Assembly (NCBI GenBank): GCA_002269645.1
Contig: NIVC01002544.1
Coordinates: 62,001-126,000, forward strand
From: Macrostomum lignano
Taxonomy: Eukaryota
DNA length: 64,000 nt
Direction: 5' to 3'
The translations under genes were made by a program, and so were the position numbers. Below, one piece after another: positions 1 through 12,476 of the stretch (the first letter of the stretch is position 1; every line of letters begins with the position of its first letter). A model generated the notes under the pieces. That model saw nothing but the letters and a program-made list of their open reading frames with translations. It was not told the origin of the DNA and did not search any database.

Positions 1-382
1 CTGCAACTGCTGTGTAAGGGTAGTAGAGAGAATATGCTTCTCTTCGATGTGTTTTTAGTGTATTTTTTGTTAGAATGTACATGGCATACATGTTTTTTTA
101 ACAGAAAATTGAAAAGCAGAAGTGCGGTACACTCCATTTCTTGGGAACATTTTGAAGATGCCTAAAAGCTTCGTTAATCGAGCTTAGCATGCGTAAGTTC
201 TTCGTTAAAACCAACGGCTCAGACATGTTGACTACTCGTACATACATACTTTTCCAGTGAGATAATGCTTTTAATTTTCTTTACTATTTTTTAATAGGCC
301 CAATAAACTAAAATCTAACCCTTTTATTAGGTTCAGTGCGTGCAGCTTTCTGATTGGCGCTCAGAATGTACATTTGATAAGT

Positions 383-396
383 AGAGATGTACACTG
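383..396 (+). promoter_or_regulatory. Candidate upstream element of tRNA-Gly genes (AGAGATGTACACTG)
   Basis: Identical 14-mer at -68 of copy 1 and -69 of copy 2 (1644-1657) in otherwise diverged flanks. Confidence 0.4.
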
Positions 397-450
397 TCTG
401 ACTAAGGGCTGGTCCAATTAACCAGCTCCGCGAGTCGCTTCAGTCTACAA

Positions 451-521
451 GCATCGGTGGTTCAGTGGTAGAATGCTCGCCTGCCACGCGGGCGGCCCGG
501 GTTCGATTCCCGGCCGATGCA
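451..521 (+). tRNA. tRNA-Gly (GCC), copy 1
   Basis: GCATCGG acceptor stem pairs with CCGATGC; D arm; anticodon loop CTGCCAC; T loop GGTTCGATTCC; T7 Pol III terminator at 526-532. Confidence 0.97.
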
Positions 522-1712
522 ATAATTTTTTTCTACTGGTGTCTCATCAAGTGTTAAATTCTGTAATAATGGAAAAAAATAATCATATTTTCTTAACTAA
601 TTTAATGCTACCGCTTATTGCTGCGTCCAGCCTTGAGTTTTGCTCAGCCTCACTAACATATTTTCATATAAACCCGAAATTTCACAATGTCGAAATACGC
701 TGAAGAGATAGGAGGCTATTCGACTTTGTTTAAATTTCAGGTTTGTAAAATTTTTGGGTTTATGTATTTGCAATGCTGTGAAATGGCTGGCTAAGCTTAA
801 GGTTTTCAATGTTGTAAAATTTCGGTCTTATGTAAATTCGAGGTTGTGAAAGGCAGTGTCTTTCGACTTTGTGAAAAATTGGATTTGTGAAACGACCCCC
901 GTAAGTCTTAAAAAATTACAAAAAATGCATTATCTTTACGACAAAAGGTTACTCAGATTTTTCTTAAGAAGAGATTCGAATTTTGCTACTTGAAGTAGAA
1001 GACATAGAACGTAAGTTTTAGAAGAGCAAAAACTAAAAAAGCAATATTTTAAGCATTTGAAATGTTAAATTTTAGACAACCATCCGGATGCTAGTCTCTT
1101 GAGTCCGCTCGAGTCTCCTCTCTAGCAATCCATTGACTCTCCTTCATCTCATATACTCCCTTCAGAAGCTGTATGTATGATGTTCGCTGAGAAAACTGAT
1201 AGCTCTGTATTTGGACAACCGCAAGCACCAGCAAGCACGCTGAGCAGATCGTCCGTGTGAAGCAAGGCAAAGCGTCGAACGAAAAATCAATGCCAAGGCA
1301 ATGTTATCGAATGGAGAAGCGTAGCGGACAAGGTAAATCATGTACTGTGTTCCCTCATACTGAATGGCGCTGATGCGGCTGTTATAAAACATCGATTCTT
1401 GCTACTTCATCATCATCGCGTGACTGACTGCACAGCCCGGGACTGTCTGTTCGGCTCCTGTGCAGCCTGGGCTGATTTTGTGTTTGATTTTTCCTGATCC
1501 ACCCCGTTCAGCGTTCGTCGCCTTGTCTGTCCGTCAAAAAAGCATGTTTGGCGAGATTCATACTGATTTGCAATGTGTTTTTTTAACTATAGGCAACTAA
1601 CTAAAAGTACATATTTTACGCTTGTACAGTGCGCCTACTGACAAGAGATGTACACTGCCTAACTTGGGGCGCAGGTCCTATCAAACGGCTCCGAGTGTCT
1701 CTTGGATAACAA

Positions 1713-1783
1713 GCATCGGTGGTTCAGTGGTAGAATGCTCGCCTGCCACGCGGGCGGCCCGGGTTCGATTCCCGGCCGATGCA
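1713..1783 (+). tRNA. tRNA-Gly (GCC), copy 2
   Basis: Identical 71-nt sequence to copy 1; T6 terminator at 1789-1794. Confidence 0.97.
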
Positions 1784-2719
1784 GCAACTTTTTTGCACCG
1801 ATACAAACGTCTCCAGATAAACAAAACGCGAAGAACGAGTTGAAATTCCGTCAGCCTGCCGATCCACGCATGCGAGAGAGATGGAGTGGGGATAAGCCAG
1901 ACAGACAAGTGCGCCCATTTCTCACTGCTTCTGCATGGAAACTTCTTTTGCAGCATTTGCGGAACACTAGCAGCAATTCGAACACTTTAGCAGAGAGCCT
2001 AAAATCCCTCCTATCCGGCCCCCAGTTCCCCGGGGGAAGCTGGAAAGATACAAACTGAGATAGAGGCGCTCCCGTGTCCCCGGATTAGCCGAAGAGAAGG
2101 AACCATCAGCCTCCTCTTCTGAGCCGCATCAGAAATATGCCGAGACTGCATGGGTTTTAGAGCTGCACCTACACGAGTTCACTCGCCAAATGGAGCTCGA
2201 GCCGCTTTCCCATTGGAAGGTCATTAATAATAATAATTGGCATTCTCAAGCTTATGCCGCGTGCCGGCCTCTTTCTCACTCTCTCATTCGTTGGCCAGAT
2301 CCCACAGTCGTGAGGGAAATTAATGGAATTTTCCCATTTATTTTACCACCCTCCGCGCAACGGTGAAAGCTGCGCGGTCGCCCCTTGGTTGGTGCCTAAG
2401 CTGAGTCGCTGAAGGGTCACAGCTGCTTCTGGGTGAAAGTTCGGGTCCGCGGGGGACCGGAGCGCGATGAGTACAGCCGCCCAGCATCCGGGTGAAGAAA
2501 TATTGGCTCACTTCCCAGTGTTATAAAATTGATTGCAATGCAACTCGCTCCGTCCCTTCGTCTGTCCCGCTCGTGTCTGCACTATTCACTTGAATGATCC
2601 ACCCGGGTGGATCCACCCGAGTGCTTATGGGAGGCTTCTGTAGATGATTTGAAATAATGTTGGATCCCAGAGAGTCACACTTTTATACAAGCGGCTTGCT
2701 CCACTCTCAGTGTCTCTTT

Positions 2720-3240
2720 GGAGTCACTCCATGCTCCGACACAGAATCTCACAGTTGGGTCAGCAGCTGGGTCACTCCATACTCCGACACAGAATCTCAC
2801 AGTCAGCAGCTGGGTCACTCCATGCTCCGACACAGAATCTCACAGTTGGGTCAGCAGCTGGGTCACTCCATGCTCCGACACAGAATCTCACAGTTGGGTC
2901 AGCGGCTGGGTCACTCCATGCTCCGACACAGAATCTCACAGTCAGCAGCTGGGTCACTCCATGCTCCGACACAGAATCGCACAGTTGGGTCAGCAGCTGG
3001 GTCACTCCATGCTCCGACACAGAATCTCACAGTTGGGTCAGCAGCTGGGTCACTCCATGCTCCGACACAGAATCTCACAGTTGGGTCAGCGGCTGGGTCA
3101 CTCCATGCTCCGACACAGAATCTCACAGTCAGCAGCTGGGTCACTCCATGCTCCGACACAGAATCTCACAGTTGGGTCAGCAGCTGGGTCACTCCATGCT
3201 CCGATACAGAGTCTCACAGTTGGGCCAGCAGCTGGGCAAC
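2720..3240. repeat. Minisatellite, 48-bp unit with a 43-bp variant, about 11 copies
   Basis: Unit GGGTCACTCCATGCTCCGACACAGAATCTCACAGTTGGGTCAGCAGCT. Confidence 0.95.
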
Positions 3241-4574
3241 CTACAGTTAGCTTTGTTGCTAGTAAAGCAGTTCCTATAGAATTCAATCTGCATGTCTTAT
3301 AAATTTAGTAGCATCCTTTCTCCGATGCCGCGTTGAAGATAACCCCTGAATTGGCTCAATTCGCATGGCAAACCGCAGCATTGTGCGAATCACCACGGCA
3401 TCATACGTGTACAAACTCGACCTGGACAAATTCAAACCGCCACTGTGGAGGAAAAACGATTTCTAAACAAGTTGCAAACCATAAAAGATGATGACGAAGC
3501 CGGGCAATTTAATCGAGAGCCCACAGAGTTTGGCAGCTTAAGCGCCAAGACGATGAGGGCCGGAGGAGGCGAGGCTTAGGAGGTGTAGACACAGTGGAGT
3601 CCCGGCCTCTCCTCACCCACTTTCAGCACTTCATGCGCTATCGCACGCGCCAGCTCCTCGGCAGCGAATTCCCCTCTCCTCTCCTCTCTTCATCGCCTCT
3701 CCATCTCCTCCTCATAGGCCTGCCGCGCGACCCCCAGTCTCTCACAGCCTCTTTTTTCATTTGGAATGCCGTGACGTGACACAGACGCGGGCCGCGCAGG
3801 GTCGTAGAGTGGAAGCAGAGTCTTGCAGGAGCCCGGGCACGCGGCCCTTGTAAGTCGCCCTGCTTGACATGCCGCAGCTTCAGGTCCGCGGGATCTCTCT
3901 CACACAATTCCCCTTCACCCGGTTCTCAGCATCCCCTCTCTTCCCTACAGCCTCATCCCGCTACAGCCGCATCTTCCTGTCCTGCGCGCGGGGCACAAAA
4001 GCCTGCAAGATCTGGCCGCAGTCTGCGTGGCAAAGTGCGGTGCGACCCGCGGCTGATGGGAAGGCCAGACTGAAGTGGATAAACTCCTCAGCCAGGCCCT
4101 GATTAGCTGATCAGCAACAGACTCATCGCCCCGTCACCCTGCTGACACGCACGCAAGACGCGTATCAAATTAATCCCTAAAAATCCTACTGCCAGCCGTC
4201 TCACCGAAAAGCTTTTTCGCGTGGGCTGCTCAGCAGGAAAGAAGCATTCATTTGCAGCTTCTTTCAGCCCACATTGTTTTTGCCTGCTCAACCTGCTGTA
4301 AGAGCGTGCAGCTCGGCAGATCCGCTCCGAGGATCTTTAATCTTGCAGGTCGTTGCAGGTGTCACTGTTGTATGCTCCGTGAGTCACGAAGCCAGGCGTG
4401 ACAGCTCATATGCACCCATACATGTACTTTTAAGCTACTCAGGTGTTGCAGGCACCCAGTTGCCACCAAGGACAACTACTGATATCTGATATACTGCTAG
4501 TGGTCCTTGGTTGCCACATGCTGCAAATCTGTAGTTGTGCATGTACCAACAGGCGCTGACGAAAATCACCCGCA

Positions 4575-7016
4575 GTTCCGCCACAAACACCCAGTTTTCG
4601 GTGGGCGCCACAAACACCCAGCTTTCGGTGGGCGCCACAAACAACCAGCTTTCGGTGGGCGCCACAAACACCCAGCTTTCGGTGGGCGCCACAAACACCC
4701 AGCTTTCGGTGAGTGCCACAAAACCGTTTTCGGTGGGCGCCACAAACAACCAGTTTTCGGTGGGCGCCACAATCAACCAGTTTTCGGTGGGCGCCACAAA
4801 CAACCAGTTTTCGGTGGGCGCCACAAACAACCAGTTTTCGGTGGGCGCCACAAACAACCAGTTTTCGGTAGACGCCACAAACACCTAGTTTTCGGTGGGC
4901 GCCACAAACAAACAGTTTTCGGTGGGCGCCACAAACAACCAATTTTCAGTGGGCGCCACAAACACCCAGCTTTCGGTGAGTGCCACAAAACCGTTTTCGG
5001 TGGGCGCCACAAACACCCAGTTTTCGGTGGGCGCCACAAACACCCAGCTTTCGGTGGGCGCCACAAACACCCAGCTTTCGGTGAGTGCCACAAAACCGTT
5101 TTCGGTGGGCGCCACAAACAACCAGTTTTCGGTGGGCGCCACAAACAACCAGTTTTAGGTGGGCGCCACAAACAACCAGTTTTCGGTGGGCGCCACAAAC
5201 AACCAGTTTTCGGTGGGCGCCACAAACAACCAGTTTTCGGTAGACGCCACAAACACCTAGTTTTCGGTGGGCGCCACAAACAACCAGTTTTCGGTGGGCG
5301 CCACAAACACCTAGTTTTCGGTGGGCGCCACAAACAACCAGTTTTCGGTGGGCGCCACAAACACCCAGTTTTCGGTGGGCGCCACAAACAACCAGTTTTC
5401 GGTGGGCGCCACAAACAACCAGTTTTCGGTAGACGCCACAAACACCTAGTTTTCGGTGGGCGCCACAAACACCCAGCTTTCGGTGGGCGCCACAAACACC
5501 CAGTTTTCGGTGGGCGCCACAAACAACCAGTTTTCGGTGGGCGCCACAAACACCCAGTTTTCGGTGGGCGCCACAAACACCCAGCTTCCTGTGGGCGCCA
5601 CAAACACCCAGTTTTCGGTGGGCGCCACAAACAACCAGTTTTCGGTGGGCGCCACAAACAACCAGTTTTCGGTAGACGCCACAAACACCTAGTTTTCGGT
5701 GGGCGCCACAAACACCCAGCTTTCGGTGGGCGCCACAAACACCCAGTTTTCGGTGGGCGCCACAAACAACCAGTTTTCGGTGGGCGCCACAAACACCCAG
5801 TTTTCGGTGGGCGCCACAAACAACCAGTTTTCGGTGGGCGCCACAAACACCCAGCTTTCGGTGAGTGCCACAAAACCGTTTTCGGTGGGCGCCACAAACA
5901 CCCAGCTTTCGGTGGACGCCACAAACACCTAGTTTTCGGTAGACGCCACAAACACCTAGTTTTCGGTGGGCGCCACAAACACCTAGTTTTCGGTAGACGC
6001 CACAAACACCTAGTTTTCGGTGGGCGCCACAAACAACCAGTTTTCGGTGGGCGCCACAAACACCCAGCTTCCTGTGGGCGCCACAAACACCCAGCTTCCT
6101 GTGGGCGCCACAAACACCCAGCTTCCGGTGGGCGCCACAAACACCCAGCTTCCTGTGGGCGCCACAAACACCCAGCTTCCTGTGGGCGCCACAAACACCC
6201 AGCTTTCGGTGGACGCCACAAACACCCAGTTTTCGGTGGACGCCACAAACACCCAGTTTTCGGTGGGCGCCACAAACACCCAGCTTCCTGTGGGCGCCAC
6301 AAACACCCAGCTTCCTGTGGGCGCCACAAACACCCAGCTTCCGGTGGGCGCCACAAACACCCAGCTTCCTGTGGGCGCCACAAACACCCAGCTTCCTGTG
6401 GGCGCCACAAACACCCAGCTTTCGGTGGACGCCACAAACACCCAGTTTTCGGTGGACGCCACAAACACCCAGTTTTCGGTGGACGCCACAAACACCCAGT
6501 TTTCGGTGGGCGCCACAAACACCCAGTTTTCGGTGGACGCCACAAACACCCAGTTTTCGGTGGACGCCACAAACACCCAGTTTTCGGTGGGCGCCACAAA
6601 CACCCAGTTTTCGGTGGACGCCACAAACACCCAGTTTTCGGTGGACGCCACAAACACCCAGTTTTCGGTGGACGCCACAAACACCCAGCTTCCGGTGGGC
6701 GCCACAAACACCCAGCTTCCTGTGGGCGCCACAAACACCCAGCTTCCTGTGGGCGCCACAAACACCCAGTTTTCGGTGGGCGCCACAAACACCCAGCTTC
6801 CGGTGGGCGCCACAAACACCCAGCTTCCTGTGGGCGCCACAAACACCCAGCTTCCTGTGGGCGCCACAAACACCCAGTTTTCGGTGGACGCCACAAACAC
6901 CCAGTTTTCGGTGGGCGCCACAAACACCCAGCTTTCGGTGGACGCCACAAACACCCAGCTTCCTGTGGACGCCACAAACACCCAGCTTCCTGTGGACGCC
7001 ACAAACACCCAGTTTT
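4575..7016. repeat. Minisatellite, 27-bp unit, about 90 copies
   Basis: Unit ACAAACACCCAGTTTTCGGTGGGCGCC with point variants and a 24-bp variant; it explains the long repetitive ORFs on both strands. Confidence 0.97.
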
Positions 7017-8372
7017 CCAGAAATTTCCCTACAATTTGAAGGCACTTCTAATAAGCGACAATGATCAATTGCACGTACATATGTAGAAAAGGGCGGCTGT
7101 CTTACCAGTAGCTAAACAGAGGCTCGCAAAATTTCGGCCCTTTAAAAACGACCTATACGACCTTTTTTAGTAAACGCAGGATAACGCAAGAGTAATATAG
7201 AATAAAAAACCAATCATTCCAAGATCAAGCTTATGTAGCATGCTGTAGACATGCAACTTGGCAGAAAGGAACTGTCGGTAAACGGTTTCTGATTGGATGG
7301 GACTGAGGGAACCAACCAAGGCTTTCCGTCGCATTTGGCTGAGGTGCAACTTCTTACAGCAACTAAGCAATATCTCTTGACAAGGGCGTTTAATACGCTC
7401 AAAATGTCTCAACAAAGTCACATCGACTCAAGCTCAGCTCACGGTGGGTGCCTTAGTGGGGGGGGGGGAGAGTGTCACAGGGCCAGACAGCCTTTTCAGC
7501 TGCGCACTAACCACGACCAGCTCCGCTTAACCTTCAACTCTGCCCAACCAACAAGGCATACATAGATTCCAATAAAGTCCCCCTGCACTAGCACTAACCT
7601 AGGTTCAAAGCCGAATCAAATGTAACCTAAATCGCATGCAATAAACTTGAACCAGATGCTGCAGACAAACTGGAGATGGGGCTGCGATTGCCAAATTGAA
7701 TCCTGTACAGAAATGAGGGACAGACAGGGTAACAAGCGGAACAGGCCCGCCGGCTTCAAAAGCAATAAGTGAGAAGCCAGGGACTGAGCAATTTGCTAAG
7801 ATGGATTTTCTTTGCTGATTTATTAGGAAAGCGAGGTCAGATTGAAAGTGAAATCAGAACGCCGCACGCCCTACTAACAGTAATAAAAATGTTAGAAAAA
7901 GAAACAACAGCAAGGCAAACATATTTGGCTCTATTAACTTGTTAAAGATTTTTTTCTCATTTTATTTAGTAAATTGCCAATTACTCCGGAAAACAGTCAA
8001 CGAAAGCTACGCCGACACTCTGATTCATGTTTTAAGCACGAGGACACAAAACACAGCGGCCGCACCCACTGCAATGGGGGGGGGGGTTAGGGCATTAGGA
8101 AGGACACACGGGATCACCAAACTGGCTGCTGACGAGCGGCAATCAGCACGAATGAGTGAGTTAGAAGTTAGCATGCTCTGGGCGCGATTCATTCTTAAGA
8201 AATGTTTTTTAATGAACTACGGATGCTGACGAAGAGATTGACGAGAAACAATGTTAAAGAGAGAGAGAGAGGGACAGAGGAGCAGCTCAGGCGTGATGGG
8301 GCCATTCACGAGACGAGGCGTCAGTCGAGGCCAAACAAACGGCGCCAAGCAGGCTGGTCCGGAAAGGCCGCG

Positions 8373-9101
8373 TCAGCTGGCCCCGTCTTCGCTCAGCGCG
8401 TTCCACCGGTTGCTCACCTGGACGGCCTCGGGCTTGGCCGAGCCGCCGAACGCCTGTGAGTGCGCCGGGTGGCTCCGGCGGCCGCCCGGGTCTCGCACGC
8501 TCTCAAACGGCCGGCTGTCCTCCACGCCCGGCCGGCCGGCAGTCGCCGACGTTTCGCTGCTCTCAGCTCCGCCGCTGACGCCCGGCGCCAGTGTGGGGAA
8601 CTCCTCCACGTCGTTGATGTTCGGCGCGTTCTTGTCGCGTCGGCCGGAGCCGCGCGGCAGCGGCCTGGCAGCGAACAGGTCGGCAGCTGGGCGCCCGCTG
8701 ACGGCCGCTGCTGCCGTGCGCCGGTGCGGCGGCACGTACTGGGTGGCCCGCGGCGCCGACGGAGCCTCGCCGCTGCCGCCGCCAGCCGAGGCCGCCTGCG
8801 AATCAGCGCTGGCGCCGCCGCCAGCAGCAGCTGACGCTGCCGGAGCTTCGCCGCCGCCGGCCTCGCCGCCAGCCGCAGCAGCAGATTCTGCGGGTGCAGC
8901 GGCAGCGGCGGCCGCAGCGGCTGATTCAGCAGCTTTGCGACGCCAGGGACCTTCGTCAACGGAGCCGGCCTCGCCGCCATCCTGGCCAGAGCCGCCCTCG
9001 CTGCTGGCCTCCTGGGCTTGGCGCTCGGCCAGGTTCACCACGCGGAGCCCTTCGAGGTTGAGGCCTGACGGGTCGTCGAAGTCCTCCCAGTCGTCATCCT
9101 C
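8373..9101 (-). CDS. CDV3: CDV3 homologue, exon 2 (3' exon)
   Basis: Acceptor CCAG then EDDDWEDFDDPSGLNLEGLRVVNL...GPWRRK...YVPPHRR...APNINDVEEFPTL...VSNRWNAL, stop at 8373. These match CDV3-family motifs as I recall them (W..., GLRV, GPW, Y.PP, AP.I....FPSL). Phase 0 joins exon 1. Confidence 0.85.
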   Translation of the reverse strand, partial: EDDDWEDFDDPSGLNLEGLRVVNLAERQAQEASSEGGSGQDGGEAGSVDEGPWRRKAAESAAAAAAAAAPAESAAAAGGEAGGGEAPAASAAAGGGASADSQAASAGGGSGEAPSAPRATQYVPPHRRTAAAAVSGRPAADLFAARPLPRGSGRRDKNAPNINDVEEFPTLAPGVSGGAESSETSATAGRPGVEDSRPFESVRDPGGRRSHPAHSQAFGGSAKPEAVQVSNRWNALSEDGAS

Positions 9102-10339
9102 CTGGGTTGGATGGGGAGACAGTGGGCACAGTCTACTAACAGTAGCCTAATGAGAACTGGACTAATGAGAATTTTAGTTTCTATGGCTAGACCATAAAAG
9201 ATGGGATTTTGGTAAATCAAAAAATATTTAATACATAGAAAATTTATATTGAATATAAAAGGTAAAAGTATAGGATATTAAAAATAGACACTGATGACAA
9301 ATGTAAAGCATCAGGGCACTAAGATAAATAATATTTAGGATATTATGAGCCAATGGTACTCAATACTACAAAGTTACTAAATCTGAAAACAGGTTAGTCT
9401 AAAATAATTCAATCATTTATTCTAAGTAGTAATATCTGCAACTGTGCTACTGTCAGGTGAAAATTATAACCCAGTTGTCCTGCTTTTTTTTAAACATGCA
9501 GGCTAGTGAGAAGGCTAGGGCTGCAAGGATGCAAACTGAAGCTATTGGGAGATCAAAGGAGATTTCAAGTACAATAATGTACATGCAGCCGTATGCATAT
9601 GGTACTCAAAGACTAATGTAATTAATGTAATATGTAATTATTCAAAAACCTGTGCACAGAGTCTAAGGCAATAAAAGCCAATTTCTCATTGTTTATGATC
9701 AAAGGATAGTGCTATAGCTGGCTGGATAGGAGTTGGGTTTTTTTAAGATTGGAAATCCAGTTGCCAACTGGCCCTTGGGACTCAAAATCCAGTTGCCAAT
9801 GGCTACTTTTGGTTGCCCATTGGCAACTAGCCAAATTCTTGAGGATGGATATTTCCAAGGCAATACGAGTATTTGAAAAGCATAAATTTGTTCTCTCAAC
9901 TCTAAGATTGCTATCGATGCTGCAAACAATAACAAACTAACAATTCTATCATATCAATTTATATGGCATTTTATTATATTTACGAAGTCTTATATGAATA
10001 TATAAATATTATATTTACAATTTTTTTTTAAATTGGCAACTGGCACGGGAAAAATGAAGTGGCATCACTTGATTGGCCTCTGATGCCAAAAATCCAGTTG
10101 CCAATAAGATTTTCAAGGGGCCAAAAACCCTGTATGGCCTAAAAAAACCTAGGATAGGAGTCAAATCATTGTTCATTTGAACTCCCCTTTTATCTCAAAC
10201 CTAGTTAAAATCAGGGGGTCTCAACTTTGCGCAGATCAAAAGCCCTCTTTTAATACAAGACATTATTCTTAGCACTATCAAGACACCTTTTAGATGCCTA
10301 ACATAGGGTTGGTAGCAAACTATATGTACTCTAAGCAGT

Positions 10340-11507
10340 GGCAATAGTGCAGTTTTGTTTGCAAAATTTTTGAAAGTTTGAAACCAGAAAACAATAACAA
10401 CGATAAAAAATGATGTTTTAAACCATTCTAATGATTGTGGCAGAGACCGTGGCAGCCATCAGGTTGCGCACATTTAGCTCTAGTTGCAGTAGAGCATTTG
10501 CTGGCAGCACTTCATTCAGCGGAATTATCCACAAGGGTCTTGGTGGTCGTCTAGCCATGATGCAATATGTTGTCCAAAAGAAAAAGCAGATATTAGCAGC
10601 TTCTCAGGTAAAGGGAAACAGTTTAAGCCCCCTCCCACTTGAGCCCCTTTCAATTTTTTGAGCCTCTAACTCTATGTCTAAGGACACGGCTACCGTGTCC
10701 CTAGCTACCACGCTACTCTGTGCCTAGAGCCATGGCAGCCGTGTCTTTAGCTGTGTGGACTCGCGGCACGGCCGCCATGTCCCTAGCTCTGTGTATAGGG
10801 ACACGGCGTCCGTGTTCCTAGTAATCTACCATTTACATGCCTGGGGCCACAGCGGTTGTCTCTGAACAATGGGCTTTAAATGCAACATGGTAGCTTGAAC
10901 GTCGTCAGAAGTGTCCATAAAGATGGTCAAATATTGTGTCTAAGTAGCTAAGTAGCTGAGTATACTGCATGCATGCATTATCATCAAGGGCCACCTTAAT
11001 TCCTTGGCTTACAGCCTTTTTACATGCAGTGGCGAAACTAGGATTTTGAAAAGGGGGTATAAATGGATTTGGGCGAAAATCGGAGAAGTGAAGAAATAGC
11101 CTATTTGACCAAAAGACAAACTTGGATCCATGACACAGTATATACTTGTGAGTTTTAGTATATTGGAAAAGATTGATTGACACAATATTTGACCATCTTT
11201 ACGGACACTACTGGCGACATTCAAGCTACCTATGTACATGTATCAAATCATGTTCACCGTGTCCCTAGTCATGGCATTTTTTTAACTATTTTTTCCATAG
11301 ACAACTTGCGTTTCAAGTAGCATTCGAGCATGGAACAGATTTAATCAAAAAAGTATATTAATAGAGCGCCCATTTGCTTTAAAGTTCCATGACCAGTGAG
11401 CTCTGGCATAGTCGCTAGAATGGTTTAAAACATCGTTATTGTTTTCTGATTTTGAACTTTCAAATTTAAATGAAAAATAATTTTGCGAACGAAACTGCAC
11501 TATTGCC
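10340..11507. mobile_element. Non-autonomous DNA transposon, Merlin-like, in the CDV3 intron
   Basis: Imperfect TIRs of about 100 bp starting GGCAATAGTGCAGTTT and ending AAACTGCACTATTGCC; exact 8-bp TSD TAAGCAGT at 10332-10339 and 11508-11515; internal ACACGGC..CCGTGTCCCTAG repeats. GG termini with an 8-bp TSD fit Merlin. Confidence 0.7.
10885..11235. repeat. Inner inverted repeat pair of about 55 bp (nested MITE or internal IR)
   Basis: GTGTCCATAAAGATGGTCAAATATTGTGTC (10911-10940) is inverted at 11179-11208 and the match extends outward; no clear TSD. Confidence 0.6.
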
Positions 11508-12296
11508 TAAGCAGTCTACCTTTAAAATTCCTTGGCCATAGTAGGGATTAGAACATTGGCACTTTGCTATTAAACCACAACCTAAGCTACTAGTTCTTTA
11601 TCTAGGGTAGGGCCTTTAAGAAGGTAAGGTCTGATCCCCTGCCTAGATTCCCCTTCTATCTTGATATTAGTACCTCTGGCCTTGGCTATAGCTCTATAAG
11701 CTATTATTCCCTAGGTTATATCACAATTAAGTATGATTTTCCTAAGCTAATACTAGCATATAAATAAGCATATTTAATATATCAGCTTATATATTATATT
11801 CCAATTCAGGGCTCATTGTTAGTTTCTTGTTTGTAAAACATTTTGTTCTATTCTTTATTATTGAAAGCCCTTTAAAATCAGGTTAGATGGCTACATAAAG
11901 CCAAATTGCATTAACAAAGATTAGAAACTTTTAAAATGCTTGAATCTTGGGATCCTAGCCCAATTTGTTGGGATCCTAGGATTAGCAAAGTCCAAGATAT
12001 CCCAATCCCAAGAATCCCAAGATTTTGTATTTCCTAATTGCCATTCATTAGATAAAATACTTATAATTATATAGTATTAGGCCTACAAATTATAATAGAT
12101 TATAATGGCAGTTTTTAGGCTTAGATAAACAATATCTTATTTGTCAATATCTATATATAAATTGCATTATAAGTTTAATAACAGCGAGTAATGAATAAAA
12201 GATGAAACATTAACCAAGCTAAAGGACAAATTATTTATTGAGGCCTTGTTAATTAGTCTACTCTCTCAAATAAATCTTATCTCAATAGTCACATAC

Positions 12297-12476
12297 CTTA
12301 GTCTTCTTTAGAACATGCGGTGCCTGTTCATTACTTTCAAGCAGTTGTTTCTTCTTCTGTTTTTCCTTTTTAGCCTCATTCTCTTTTTTCATTTCATCCA
12401 GGAGATTGGCAGCAACAATCTTAGTTTTCCCCTTTTTCTTGTCCTTCTTTGCAAAAAAGTCATCGAGATCACCCAT
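12297..12476 (-). CDS. CDV3: CDV3 homologue, exon 1
   Basis: MGDLDDFFAKKDKKKGK is the CDV3 N-terminal signature (LD.FFAK.DKKK); 60 codons then donor AAG|GTATGT. Joined protein is 302 aa. Confidence 0.85.

Noticed and set aside
3560-4110. GC-rich decayed coding-like segment on the minus strand
   Set aside because: Multiple stops and no recognisable motif; possibly a TE relic.
4507-7086. 859-aa and 743-aa ORFs as real proteins
   Set aside because: Fully explained by a 27-bp (multiple of 3) minisatellite; several frames on both strands are open; no unique domain or good start.
8251-9150. Plus-strand 299-aa ORF
   Set aside because: Antisense shadow of GC-rich CDV3 exon 2.
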